64,000 nucleotides of DNA from an uncultured Rhodospirillaceae bacterium (GTDB lineage: Bacteria > Pseudomonadota > Alphaproteobacteria > UBA828): assembly GCA_963997635.1 (NCBI GenBank), contig CAXEND010000002.1, positions 52,848-116,847 of the forward strand, written 5' to 3'. The position numbers and the translations under genes were made by a program. The notes beneath the pieces are model-generated. The model saw nothing but the letters and a program-made list of their open reading frames with translations. It did not search any database and had not been told where the DNA came from. Below, piece after piece: positions 51,505 to 59,938 of the stretch (the stretch's first letter is position 1; every line of letters begins with the position of its first letter).

Positions 51505-52491
51505 TTAAAGCCCTATTGATTGCCGCCATTCTTTAACAGCAATTTTAGCTTCAGAGGATGCTTCAGGACTATCAGGTAAACCATCACAATAGAGCTCAAT
51601 GGCCGAATCTCCTAATGGTTCCCATTTTTTTATCCACTCCTCAAGGATAGTTCTATTACCTTCTATATTAAGTGCAAATTCTACTAATGCCTTGGTCCAT
51701 CTTCTAGATCTTTCACTATCCAGCATCTGAGCATCATTTAGTAAAGCCAATAACATATCTCCGTTACGCCTAGATGCTTTCCCCAGCTGACGAATAAATG
51801 CTTCATCTATAGCTGGCTTAGCTATTAAATTAAGGGCTACAAAATGCTCTGCCCAATCATAAGTAACGAGCGTACGTTCCATTAACTTCCGAAAGCCCTG
51901 CCAAGAAGGATCCTTTTCCCAACGATTTCTTTCTTGCCCACCAAAATCAAGATTCGCAAATGACTTTTGCAGTTCTTTTGTTCTGTAGGAGATACGGGAT
52001 ATCCAACGCAATTGATCTGCAGCCTGTAACATTGCACAATTCTCTATCGTGCTAGCAGGCACCATTTGTACTAGATACGCTGAGCCCATTTGCATAGTAT
52101 GTATGAGATATCTAGCTGGTGTATAAGATTTTGCTAAACATTCTAACCAATCTTTCCCATACCCAGTATCATGCTCGTTTCGGTTATGCTCATCAAGCAA
52201 TCCATCAACATAGGTTTCTTGGCCATCCTGCTTAATATTATAAGTTCTGTATACTAATTCATCTGGGTCACGAAAAGCATCCCAATCTTCATGTTTTAAT
52301 GGACTTTGATTTCGATATTTAAGGTACCATTTATTCATATCTATATTTGGAGATAATGCCCATGGCATGTCACCGTCAGTACTCCAAAGGAGATTAGTCG
52401 AAACAATCTCATACTCGCTTGGCCTTCTACGTTGACCTGCCAAGTGACTCCATGTTTTTAATGGTTTCAATTCATTTGAATCATTTGCCAA
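51505..52491 (-). CDS. Soluble di-iron monooxygenase hydroxylase beta subunit (TmoE/IsoE-like)
   Basis: 328 aa all-helical protein of ferritin-like length without EXXH ligands. Its position and size match TmoE (327 aa). TTG start with AGGAGG 6 nt upstream. Confidence 0.85.
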   Translation of the reverse strand: MANDSNELKPLKTWSHLAGQRRRPSEYEIVSTNLLWSTDGDMPWALSPNIDMNKWYLKYRNQSPLKHEDWDAFRDPDELVYRTYNIKQDGQETYVDGLLDEHNRNEHDTGYGKDWLECLAKSYTPARYLIHTMQMGSAYLVQMVPASTIENCAMLQAADQLRWISRISYRTKELQKSFANLDFGGQERNRWEKDPSWQGFRKLMERTLVTYDWAEHFVALNLIAKPAIDEAFIRQLGKASRRNGDMLLALLNDAQMLDSERSRRWTKALVEFALNIEGNRTILEEWIKKWEPLGDSAIELYCDGLPDSPEASSEAKIAVKEWRQSIGL

Positions 52492-52521
52492 ATGTAAGCC
52501 TCCTTTTTAAGTCCTTTTATT

Positions 52522-52821
52522 TCAGAGACTTCGCTCCAAAAAAAACCTTATCTGATTATCCGTAGTTTCTACACGGCCGGAGAAGGACGTAAGATCAAGT
52601 TCGAGCTCAGTAATTGAAAAAGGGCGGCCCATATATTTGCTGAGAGTTTCCTTACGAATGATACATTCACCTTCTGTCTCAATTCTTACATATGATACTT
52701 TATCGTCAATCACAAATTTTCTACCTGGATTATCTTCTTGAATTGCTTCTATAACAGCATCAGCCACTTCACCTGTTCGTAAAACTGGCCCTACAGAATT
52801 ACTACGCTCATTATCAGTCAC
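52522..52821 (-). CDS. Monooxygenase effector/coupling protein (TmoD/MmoB/DmpM family)
   Basis: 99 aa. VGPVLRTGEVADAVIEAIQEDNPG...SYVRIETEGECII...GRPFSITELELDLTSFSGR...IRF parallels T4MO TmoD as I recall it. GTG start with AGGAGA. Confidence 0.88.
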   Translation of the reverse strand: MTDNERSNSVGPVLRTGEVADAVIEAIQEDNPGRKFVIDDKVSYVRIETEGECIIRKETLSKYMGRPFSITELELDLTSFSGRVETTDNQIRFFLERSL

Positions 52822-52841
52822 AAAGTTCTCCTAACTTTGAT

Positions 52842-53177
52842 TTAAGCTAATGTGAATTTAGGCTCTATCCCTTTTGTATCAACAAAAATATCTTCACCAT
52901 CAACACGTACTGGGTATTTTGCTACTTCGGCATGGGTGGGATTGATTCCTTCTCCACTTGATACATCAAACTGCCATAGATGCATACTACACGTTAAAAC
53001 CTTTCCCTCAAGACTACCATTTACCAACTCTACTTCTTGATGCGGACAAATAGACTGAATGGCATGTATGCTCCCATCATCCAAATGAATCAACAATACT
53101 TCTGTACCGCTTACCTCGAAGTTCTCCATTTCCCCTTGCCAGAGATCATCAAGACTACATACTCTCTCGAATGCCAT
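52842..53177 (-). CDS. Rieske-type [2Fe-2S] ferredoxin (TmoC/IsoC-like)
   Basis: 111 aa. CPHQ (CxH) and CSMHLWQF (CxxH) ligand motifs. MAFERVCSLDDLWQGEMENFE resembles the TmoC N-terminus. Confidence 0.9.
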   Translation of the reverse strand: MAFERVCSLDDLWQGEMENFEVSGTEVLLIHLDDGSIHAIQSICPHQEVELVNGSLEGKVLTCSMHLWQFDVSSGEGINPTHAEVAKYPVRVDGEDIFVDTKGIEPKFTLA

Positions 53178-53182
53178 GATAA

Positions 53183-53458
53183 TTAACTTTCAGGATCAGA
53201 AAAATATACATCTACACAATCATACATAATTAAACCTGCTTCACCGACAGTTATATCCCCTCTTAATGGTGGCTGATCGTCAGTATCAGAGGTTTTTCTG
53301 ACCCTAAGAACCTTTCCAGGTTGGTCCTTAACATGAATACCTATAGAGTGAGAAGCACAATTCATAGCTAATTGCGTGATTGTCTCTCCCACATCTGTTT
53401 CTACAACTTTAACATGGCAGTCATATTGGAAACGTGAAAGAATCGGAAATTTATCCAT
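53183..53458 (-). CDS. Hydroxylase gamma subunit, TmoB-like
   Basis: 91 aa. FPI...F..D..VKVV..D...TI.QLA.....H...........LRVRK....PL..D.TV.EAGL....VDVYF follows the T4MO TmoB pattern. Confidence 0.8.
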   Translation of the reverse strand: MDKFPILSRFQYDCHVKVVETDVGETITQLAMNCASHSIGIHVKDQPGKVLRVRKTSDTDDQPPLRGDITVGEAGLIMYDCVDVYFSDPES

Positions 53459-53467
53459 TCTTAAATC

Positions 53468-54964
53468 TTACTCGGCTGCAGCAGATCTAAAACCTTCGAT
53501 CCACTGATAATTGTAACCATCCCGACCACCTTCGCTTACAACACCTATTCCCATATACTTCAAAACTCCATCGAGATCAGGTGGTTGAATTTCACCAGAA
53601 TACATTCTGTCAACAATTGTCTCGTGATCCTTATATCTATTTGGGTCTGTAGTGAAGATCCACCTACAAGGTTCAGTACAAAAATTGTATCGCCTACCTT
53701 CATGTTCAAACTGATATGGACGAGCTTTCCAAGCCTTCCCAGGACGATTCGAAATAGGGATTTGACACATGTTACAAATAATCGGGACACATTCAGGATG
53801 AGTTTTTTCCTCCCGATCAGCTAGAAGATTTTCTGTTATTACATCCCAGTATGTTCCATAGCTATCATTCCATCCTGGGTATTTTTTCTCCAACCATTGG
53901 CGTTCTTTAGGGCCTACAGCTCCTGGCGGATTCCACCAAACTGTTGGTCTCCAAGACCATATACCACCTTGCTGACAATGATGATGATTTTCTATATCGT
54001 CAAGGAAATGCTGCCAATACCATGGCTTTGCTAAACCTAAATCCTCTACTTGCCTAACATACTGACGATTTACCCATTCATGCATAAATTCCTTGAAAGA
54101 CATGTGACGTTGTTCGAGTGGAATATAATAATCCATCGGTATGCCAACTGAGACAGAAAAAAGTCTCCAAACGCGCCAAAAAGCAATATCTAATATTTTC
54201 TGAGCATCCTCTTTGTAACCGTTTCTAACCATAATTTCGATTGTAGGTGTACCTAGTTGGGCATGACGTGCTTCATCTGATTGAATACTTGTAATAAGAT
54301 TTGAAAATGTGAAATCTCCCATATTAGCAGCATCTGTAGAAAGCCCAATCATTTGCAAGTTTGTTAAACCTGTTTCAAAGGCAAAAGATACCATCAAAGA
54401 TCCTGTTACAGCATCCCTACACATCATTATATCGTCCATAGCATGACGACCGCCTATAACCGCCCAATTATTAGTGTGAGCTGCCTCATGAGCCCAATCA
54501 TATTGCCTATCACGGTGAACTAATTCATGAGGAAAAAACAACTGCAACTGAGCGTGCCTCATTTCATCGAGCATACCAAAGGTAGCCATGTTACGCATAG
54601 ATGGTGAAGGCCCAAATCTGACCATACGAGCCTGAAACTGGCATGCCTGATATTCAGTTAACGCTACTGTACCGTAATGAAGTTTGAGTACGCTTGCCCA
54701 ACCTTCACAAGCCTGATCGTAAAAACGCGAACGAGATAATGCAGCTTTTACAGAATAAGCCGAGCCATCTTTTTCTCTCTGTGTTCTAACATATTCACGA
54801 AAAGATACCTTGTATGGCTCATCGAATGTTTCCCATTCATCTATAGGTATTTGATATGGGTCACTCATGGTAGGAGGAAACAAATTTTCCTGAGAAACAT
54901 ATGTAGGAGTCCAATTAGTATCACGTGCTATGTCGTACCACTCATTACGCTCTAATAAAGCCAA
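53468..54964 (-). CDS. Soluble di-iron monooxygenase hydroxylase alpha subunit (TmoA/IsoA/XamoA-type, group 2 SDIMO)
   Basis: 498 aa. Di-iron ligands E104 (ALTEY), E134/H137 (LDEMRHAQ), E197 (FETG), E231/H234 (SDEARHAQ) and T201. High similarity by eye to T4MO TmoA along the whole length. TTG start with GGGAGG upstream. Confidence 0.93.
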   Translation of the reverse strand: MALLERNEWYDIARDTNWTPTYVSQENLFPPTMSDPYQIPIDEWETFDEPYKVSFREYVRTQREKDGSAYSVKAALSRSRFYDQACEGWASVLKLHYGTVALTEYQACQFQARMVRFGPSPSMRNMATFGMLDEMRHAQLQLFFPHELVHRDRQYDWAHEAAHTNNWAVIGGRHAMDDIMMCRDAVTGSLMVSFAFETGLTNLQMIGLSTDAANMGDFTFSNLITSIQSDEARHAQLGTPTIEIMVRNGYKEDAQKILDIAFWRVWRLFSVSVGIPMDYYIPLEQRHMSFKEFMHEWVNRQYVRQVEDLGLAKPWYWQHFLDDIENHHHCQQGGIWSWRPTVWWNPPGAVGPKERQWLEKKYPGWNDSYGTYWDVITENLLADREEKTHPECVPIICNMCQIPISNRPGKAWKARPYQFEHEGRRYNFCTEPCRWIFTTDPNRYKDHETIVDRMYSGEIQPPDLDGVLKYMGIGVVSEGGRDGYNYQWIEGFRSAAAE

Positions 54965-55627
54965 TTAAACCTCCCTACTTAGTACTAGATTAAGTATGCT
55001 AGAAAAATAACTTACTAAAAATGGCATCAGCAAAATTATCTCTTTTTGGGATTATTTTTATATATTGAAACATGTTATAGTTAACGAGACAAATTTAAAA
55101 ACATATCGATTTCATTATATAGTGATTATAAATTTATTTCTAGAAAACTAAATTGTATTATAGAAAAAGTGTTGACATTATTACGTATTCCTGCATTCCC
55201 CCAATATAAGTTTGCTCTTTAAAGAGGAATATTGTTCACAATACTACCTTCTTATTGTCTTCAGTAGACTAATTAAGCGTGAAATTTGTAATATTTTTAT
55301 GTTTTACTTGCTTGCAATAAAAAAAACATTATATTTCAATAACTTATAAATTATGCCTAATTTTTAGGCACTTCGGTTTAAGGCTATGATTTCCAGTTAC
55401 CTAAGGGCAACTTGCCCTACTTCCCCACAGGGTTATCCACAAGCTCAGTGGAAACCAAAATCTACCTTTCTAATACTTGTAAAGGTATCATGGAAGTATC
55501 TGATTCTACATGATTGATTACTAAATACTAGCACATTGACTGAGACCCTTCTTTGGGCAAATCTAGATAGGGCTAGTTCAACAGACCAATATTTAGGTTA
55601 ATAAAAAAATACTTTAAGAGATACCAA

Positions 55628-57511
55628 TTGAATCTATTGAATTTAGAAAATGGAATAAAAATTATTAAAGAAGCCAGGAAAACAACAGCTCATTCTCCTG
55701 GAGTTTACCGTATGATTAATTCTAATGAAGATGTTCTATATGTTGGCAAAGCAAAAAGCCTGACTAAGAGACTAGGTAGCTATACAAATACTAAGTCTTT
55801 ACCATATAGATTATGTCGTATGGTAGCTTCAACTGTTAAAGTTGAAGTAATAATTACTGAAAGTGAGGTTGAAGCATTACTGCTTGAGAGTAGTTTAATT
55901 AAAACCCTGAAACCAAAATATAATATTGTTTTAAGAGATGATAAATCTTTTCCATATATTCTAATTACATCAAATCATAAATATCCTCGTATAATGAAGT
56001 TTCGAGGCTCAAGGTCAAAAAATGGAAAATACTTTGGGCCTTTTGCATCTGCATCTGCAGTTTCCCAAACGCTTAATACTCTTCATAGAGCTTTTCCTCT
56101 GAGATCTTGTTCTGATAGTATTTTTAAAAACCGTAATCGTCCTTGTTTAGAGTATCAAATTAAAAGATGTTCAGCACCATGTGTAGGTCGTATTTCATCA
56201 GAAGATTATGAAAAATTAGTTAAAGAAGCTGCTGATTTTCTCCGCGGTTCTTCGCAAGAGGCACAAAAAAGGCTTAGCAGACAAATGACTCAAGCTAGTG
56301 AAAATCTTGAATTTGAAACTGCTGCCTCATATAGAGATAGAATTAGAGCATTAGCACACATTCAGGCACAACAAATCGAAAATTTATACAAGCTTGGAAA
56401 TGTTGATGTAATTGCGATAAATCAATTAGCTGGGCAAAGCTGTGTTCAAGTTTTCTTCTATCGTGGGGGCCATAGTTATGGCAATCGCTCATATTTTCCT
56501 CGTCACTCTGAGGACTCTTCTATGGCAGAGGTGTTATATGCTTTTATTAGTCAATTCTACTCAGATAAAAATGCACCAAATACTATACTTATTAATGTAA
56601 ACCTACCCGAATCAGAACTTATTGTTGAAGCATTATCATCTAAAAGTAATTTCAAGGTCCAGATTCAAAAGCCAATTAGAGGAAATAAACGAAAGCTGAT
56701 AGATGATGTATCTAGAAATGCCAGTGAGGCTCTTAGTAGAAAGTTAGCAGAAAGTGCATCTCATAGATCATTGGTAAATCAACTAGGAAAAACTCTCCAA
56801 ATGTCAAAAACACCCGAAAGAATTGAGGTGTACGACAATAGCCATATTTCAGGTGATAATGCTGTTGGATGTGTCATTGTAGTTGGTTCTAGTGGCTTTG
56901 AAAAAAAAGCTTATCGTAAATACAATATTAAGGGTAATAGAAGTGAACTAAATAATAATAAAAAAATACTAGGAGATGATTATAGTATGCTCAAAGAGGT
57001 CTTAAACCGGAGATTCTCAAAATTGAAATCAGAAAAAAATTCTGTGAATTACACTGGTGTTTGGCCCGACCTTTGCTTGATCGATGGTGGCCCAGGACAC
57101 CTATCAGTTGCTGAGTCTACCCTGAAAACATTAAATATTAGTAAAGTTAAAGTCGCTGCTGTTGCAAAGGGTCGAGATAGAAATGCAGGTAAAGAAACTA
57201 TATATATAAGCGACCAAGAGCCTATTGCATTACCTCAGAAAGATCCAGTTTTGTACTTTGTTCAACGGATAAGAGATGAAGCTCACAGATTTGCAATAAA
57301 CACTCATAGAAGCAGGAGGAATAGGTCAACACTAAAATCTGCACTAGATGAAATTCCAGGTATAGGGGCAGCTAGAAAAAGGGCTTTACTGAATCACTTC
57401 GGTTCAACTCGAGTAATTTCAAGTGTAGGAGTAAAGGATTTAGAACAAGTAGAAGGAGTATCGAAAAAAATTGCACTATTAATTTATGGATATTTTCATG
57501 ACAAGTATTGA
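55628..57511 (+). CDS. uvrC: Excinuclease ABC subunit C
   Basis: GIY-YIG (GVYRMINSNEDVLYVGKAKSL), UVR domain (LEFETAASYRDRIRAL), RNase H-like endonuclease domain, and a C-terminal (HhH)2. TTG start. Confidence 0.95.
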   Translation: MNLLNLENGIKIIKEARKTTAHSPGVYRMINSNEDVLYVGKAKSLTKRLGSYTNTKSLPYRLCRMVASTVKVEVIITESEVEALLLESSLIKTLKPKYNIVLRDDKSFPYILITSNHKYPRIMKFRGSRSKNGKYFGPFASASAVSQTLNTLHRAFPLRSCSDSIFKNRNRPCLEYQIKRCSAPCVGRISSEDYEKLVKEAADFLRGSSQEAQKRLSRQMTQASENLEFETAASYRDRIRALAHIQAQQIENLYKLGNVDVIAINQLAGQSCVQVFFYRGGHSYGNRSYFPRHSEDSSMAEVLYAFISQFYSDKNAPNTILINVNLPESELIVEALSSKSNFKVQIQKPIRGNKRKLIDDVSRNASEALSRKLAESASHRSLVNQLGKTLQMSKTPERIEVYDNSHISGDNAVGCVIVVGSSGFEKKAYRKYNIKGNRSELNNNKKILGDDYSMLKEVLNRRFSKLKSEKNSVNYTGVWPDLCLIDGGPGHLSVAESTLKTLNISKVKVAAVAKGRDRNAGKETIYISDQEPIALPQKDPVLYFVQRIRDEAHRFAINTHRSRRNRSTLKSALDEIPGIGAARKRALLNHFGSTRVISSVGVKDLEQVEGVSKKIALLIYGYFHDKY

Positions 57512-57533
57512 TTTCTTAAGGCATAAAAAATAA

Positions 57534-58130
57534 ATGACAACAATCCCCAATATTCTGACATTTTCTCGAGTTCTATCTATACCAGTTATTGTTGGAACTT
57601 TTTATATCCCATTCCCTTTAGGAATATGGATAACATTCGGAGTATTTTGTGCAGCTGCGTTAACAGATTTTCTTGATGGTTGGCTAGCTCGTCACTTAGA
57701 CCAAATAACTAGATTTGGTCAAATCTTTGACCCTATAGCAGACAAATTATTGGTGGCAACGACTCTTATCCTACTTCTAGCCGACTCTCGAATTTCTGAA
57801 GTTGCTGTCGTGACAATCCTTACAAGGGAAATATTTGTTGCTGGTATTAGGGAGAGCCTTGCAAAAAATATTTCTATTCCTGTCTCTAAACTATCTAAAT
57901 GGAAAACAGCTGGACAATTAATTGCAATAGCTATTTTGCTTCTTGCTCCAGCTGTGTCTAACGAAGAAAATAACCCTTTGCAATTAACAGGAGAATCTCT
58001 TTTATGGGTAGTTGCAATAATTACATGGATAACTGCTTTACCCTATATGAAAACAGCACACCAAAATCTATCAAAAAAATTGAAAAACAATCATCAGATA
58101 AGTGTAAACGGTAAAGATATTAATGACTAA
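57534..58130 (+). CDS. pgsA: CDP-diacylglycerol--glycerol-3-phosphate 3-phosphatidyltransferase
   Basis: CDP-alcohol phosphatidyltransferase motif DFLDGWLARHLDQITRFGQIFDPIADK. Multi-TM. uvrC-pgsA adjacency is typical of alphaproteobacteria. Confidence 0.9.
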   Translation: MTTIPNILTFSRVLSIPVIVGTFYIPFPLGIWITFGVFCAAALTDFLDGWLARHLDQITRFGQIFDPIADKLLVATTLILLLADSRISEVAVVTILTREIFVAGIRESLAKNISIPVSKLSKWKTAGQLIAIAILLLAPAVSNEENNPLQLTGESLLWVVAIITWITALPYMKTAHQNLSKKLKNNHQISVNGKDIND

Positions 58131-58665
58131 AACTAAAGTTATAGGGATCGCTGGCTATAGTGGAAGCGGAAAAACTACCTTAATATCAGGTCTAGTGAAA
58201 ATATTAAATTCATTTAATATCGAAGCTGGCACAATTAAACACACACATCACAATCTAGATATTTTTCCAGAGAATCATATTTCTGATTTTTTAATGAATT
58301 CTGGCATAAGCGAAGTTATGGTTGCAAATGAAGAGTATTTTGCGATTAATCGCTTGCTAGGCTCTAAAAACGCTTCAAATGTATACGAATTTATTAATAC
58401 ACGTTCATCATGTGATATTTTGTTAATAGAAGGCTTCAAGCACCAACCATTTCCAAAAATTGAGATTTGGAATGGAAGTATACAAAGTGTATTCTTAGCA
58501 GCAGCTGATCCTTATATAGTTGCTATTGCAGCAAAATGCATTGATCATAATAAATTACCATTAGGCCTTAACTTAAAAATTCTTGACCTTGATGATCACC
58601 AAGCTATAGCTGAATTTATCTGCTGTTACTCTGGGTTGACAATAAAAGAATACGAGCAAGTTTAA
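58123..58665 (+). CDS. mobB: Molybdopterin-guanine dinucleotide biosynthesis adapter protein MobB
   Basis: P-loop IGIAGYSGSGKTTLI and LIEGFK motif. 180 aa. Overlaps pgsA by 8 nt. Confidence 0.8.
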   Translation: MTKTKVIGIAGYSGSGKTTLISGLVKILNSFNIEAGTIKHTHHNLDIFPENHISDFLMNSGISEVMVANEEYFAINRLLGSKNASNVYEFINTRSSCDILLIEGFKHQPFPKIEIWNGSIQSVFLAAADPYIVAIAAKCIDHNKLPLGLNLKILDLDDHQAIAEFICCYSGLTIKEYEQV

Positions 58666-58666
58666 T

Positions 58667-59938
58667 ATGGCACAACTTAATGACGACTGCTTTGCTTTTG
58701 GAAATGCTCTTAAGCCAGCCACTGAGGCTCTTTCCCATATTGAGACAACGGTAAAACCTATAACAGAAATTGAGTATGTTCCCCTTTCTATGGCGACTGC
58801 AAGAGTACTTGCAAAACCTGTAATCTCAGAAATCAACGTGCCGCCTCACGATAATGCTGCTGTTGATGGCTATGCTGTTTATTTTGAGGACCTTAACCCA
58901 AGTAAAGAAACACGATTAAAACTTTCAGGAGAATCAAGTGCTGGTCACCCTTACTATGACACAATGAATCATGGCACAACTATACAAGTTTTTACTGGTG
59001 CAGCATTAATACAAAATGAGCAAGGGGAAGTAGCAGATACAATATTCATGCAGGAAGATTGTCGTCTAGAAGGTGATGAAGTTATTTTTCCACCAGGTAT
59101 CAATCGTGGGGCTAATAAAAGAAAAACTGGAGAAGATATAAAGGTAGGAGATAAAATTTTGTCACCAGGTGTACGACTGCGGCCTCAAGATATAGGAATA
59201 GCTGCAGCAGCTGGATTAACTAAATTACCTGTTTTTAAAAAACTTAGGGTAGCTATTTTCTCTACAGGCGATGAAATTTATGACCCAGGCAAAATACTTC
59301 CTAAAGGAGCAATATACGACTCCAACAGATATACAATTTATCACCTCTTAGAGAATTTAGGCTGTATACCCACTGATCTTGGAATTATCAAAGATAATGA
59401 AGAAGTACTTCGTGATGCGTTTCATTCTGCAATTCAAACAAACGATGTAATTTTAACCTCCGGCGGCATGTCTACCGGGAGAGAAGACCATGTAAAATCT
59501 GTTGTGGAGGCACTCGGTAAGATTCATTTTTGGAGACTCGCCATTAGACCAGGACGTCCCATCGCTATTGGTCAAATTTCTCAAGTTCCATTTATTGGAC
59601 TTCCAGGGAATCCTGTTGCTGTATTAGTTACTTTTTTACTTTTTGCACGTCCACTTTTACTACGATTAGGCGGTTGCAATGAAACGAAGCCAAATAAATA
59701 TCCAGTCAAGGTATCTTTTGATTATAAAAAAAAGAAAGGCCGGAGAGAATGGATGAGGGTTAAATTAGCAATAAATAGCTCAAATGAACTCAACTTAGTA
59801 AAATATCGTCGAGATGGAGCTGGCATCCTGTCTTCTACAGTATTTGCAGATGGTTTGATGGAAATTGAAGAAGGTATTACAGATCTAAAAGTCGGTGATT
59901 TAGCAAGTTTTATTCCTTTTAATGAGATTTTAAGATGA
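58667..59938 (+). CDS. moeA: Molybdopterin molybdotransferase MoeA
   Basis: AVDGYAV, STGDEI, TSGGMSTGREDHV and GLPGNPVA motifs. 423 aa. Confidence 0.9.
   Translation: MAQLNDDCFAFGNALKPATEALSHIETTVKPITEIEYVPLSMATARVLAKPVISEINVPPHDNAAVDGYAVYFEDLNPSKETRLKLSGESSAGHPYYDTMNHGTTIQVFTGAALIQNEQGEVADTIFMQEDCRLEGDEVIFPPGINRGANKRKTGEDIKVGDKILSPGVRLRPQDIGIAAAAGLTKLPVFKKLRVAIFSTGDEIYDPGKILPKGAIYDSNRYTIYHLLENLGCIPTDLGIIKDNEEVLRDAFHSAIQTNDVILTSGGMSTGREDHVKSVVEALGKIHFWRLAIRPGRPIAIGQISQVPFIGLPGNPVAVLVTFLLFARPLLLRLGGCNETKPNKYPVKVSFDYKKKKGRREWMRVKLAINSSNELNLVKYRRDGAGILSSTVFADGLMEIEEGITDLKVGDLASFIPFNEILR

Noticed and set aside
54965-55250. A sigma54 (-24 TGGCAC / -12 TTGC) promoter upstream of the monooxygenase operon, as found in tmo/tbu/dmp systems.
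   Set aside because: The minus strand has no GG-N10-GC arrangement with the right flanks. The nearest look-alike, TGGCATCAGCAAAAT (about 55022), is on the plus strand and lacks the -12 GC at the right spacing. Many TATAAT-like hexamers exist, but they cannot be distinguished from the AT-rich background.
55433-55441. A perfect DnaA-box consensus TTATCCACA in the tmoA-uvrC spacer, and a one-mismatch TTATCCCCA near 8433 upstream of dnaB. I considered whether either marks a replication origin.
   Set aside because: There is only one perfect box and no cluster of boxes. No AT-rich 13-mer array stands out beyond the general AT richness, and none of the usual origin-neighbouring genes are present. 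A single 9-mer is expected about 0.5 times by chance on two strands of 64 kb.
55386-55517. A 43-codon ORF (MISSYLRATCPTSPQGYPQAQWKPKSTFLILVKVSWKYLILHD) in the long intergenic region.
   Set aside because: The AAGG lies too close to the ATG to serve as an RBS, there is no recognisable motif, and the region is better explained by the hairpin-forming GC patch. The ORF cannot be supported from sequence alone.
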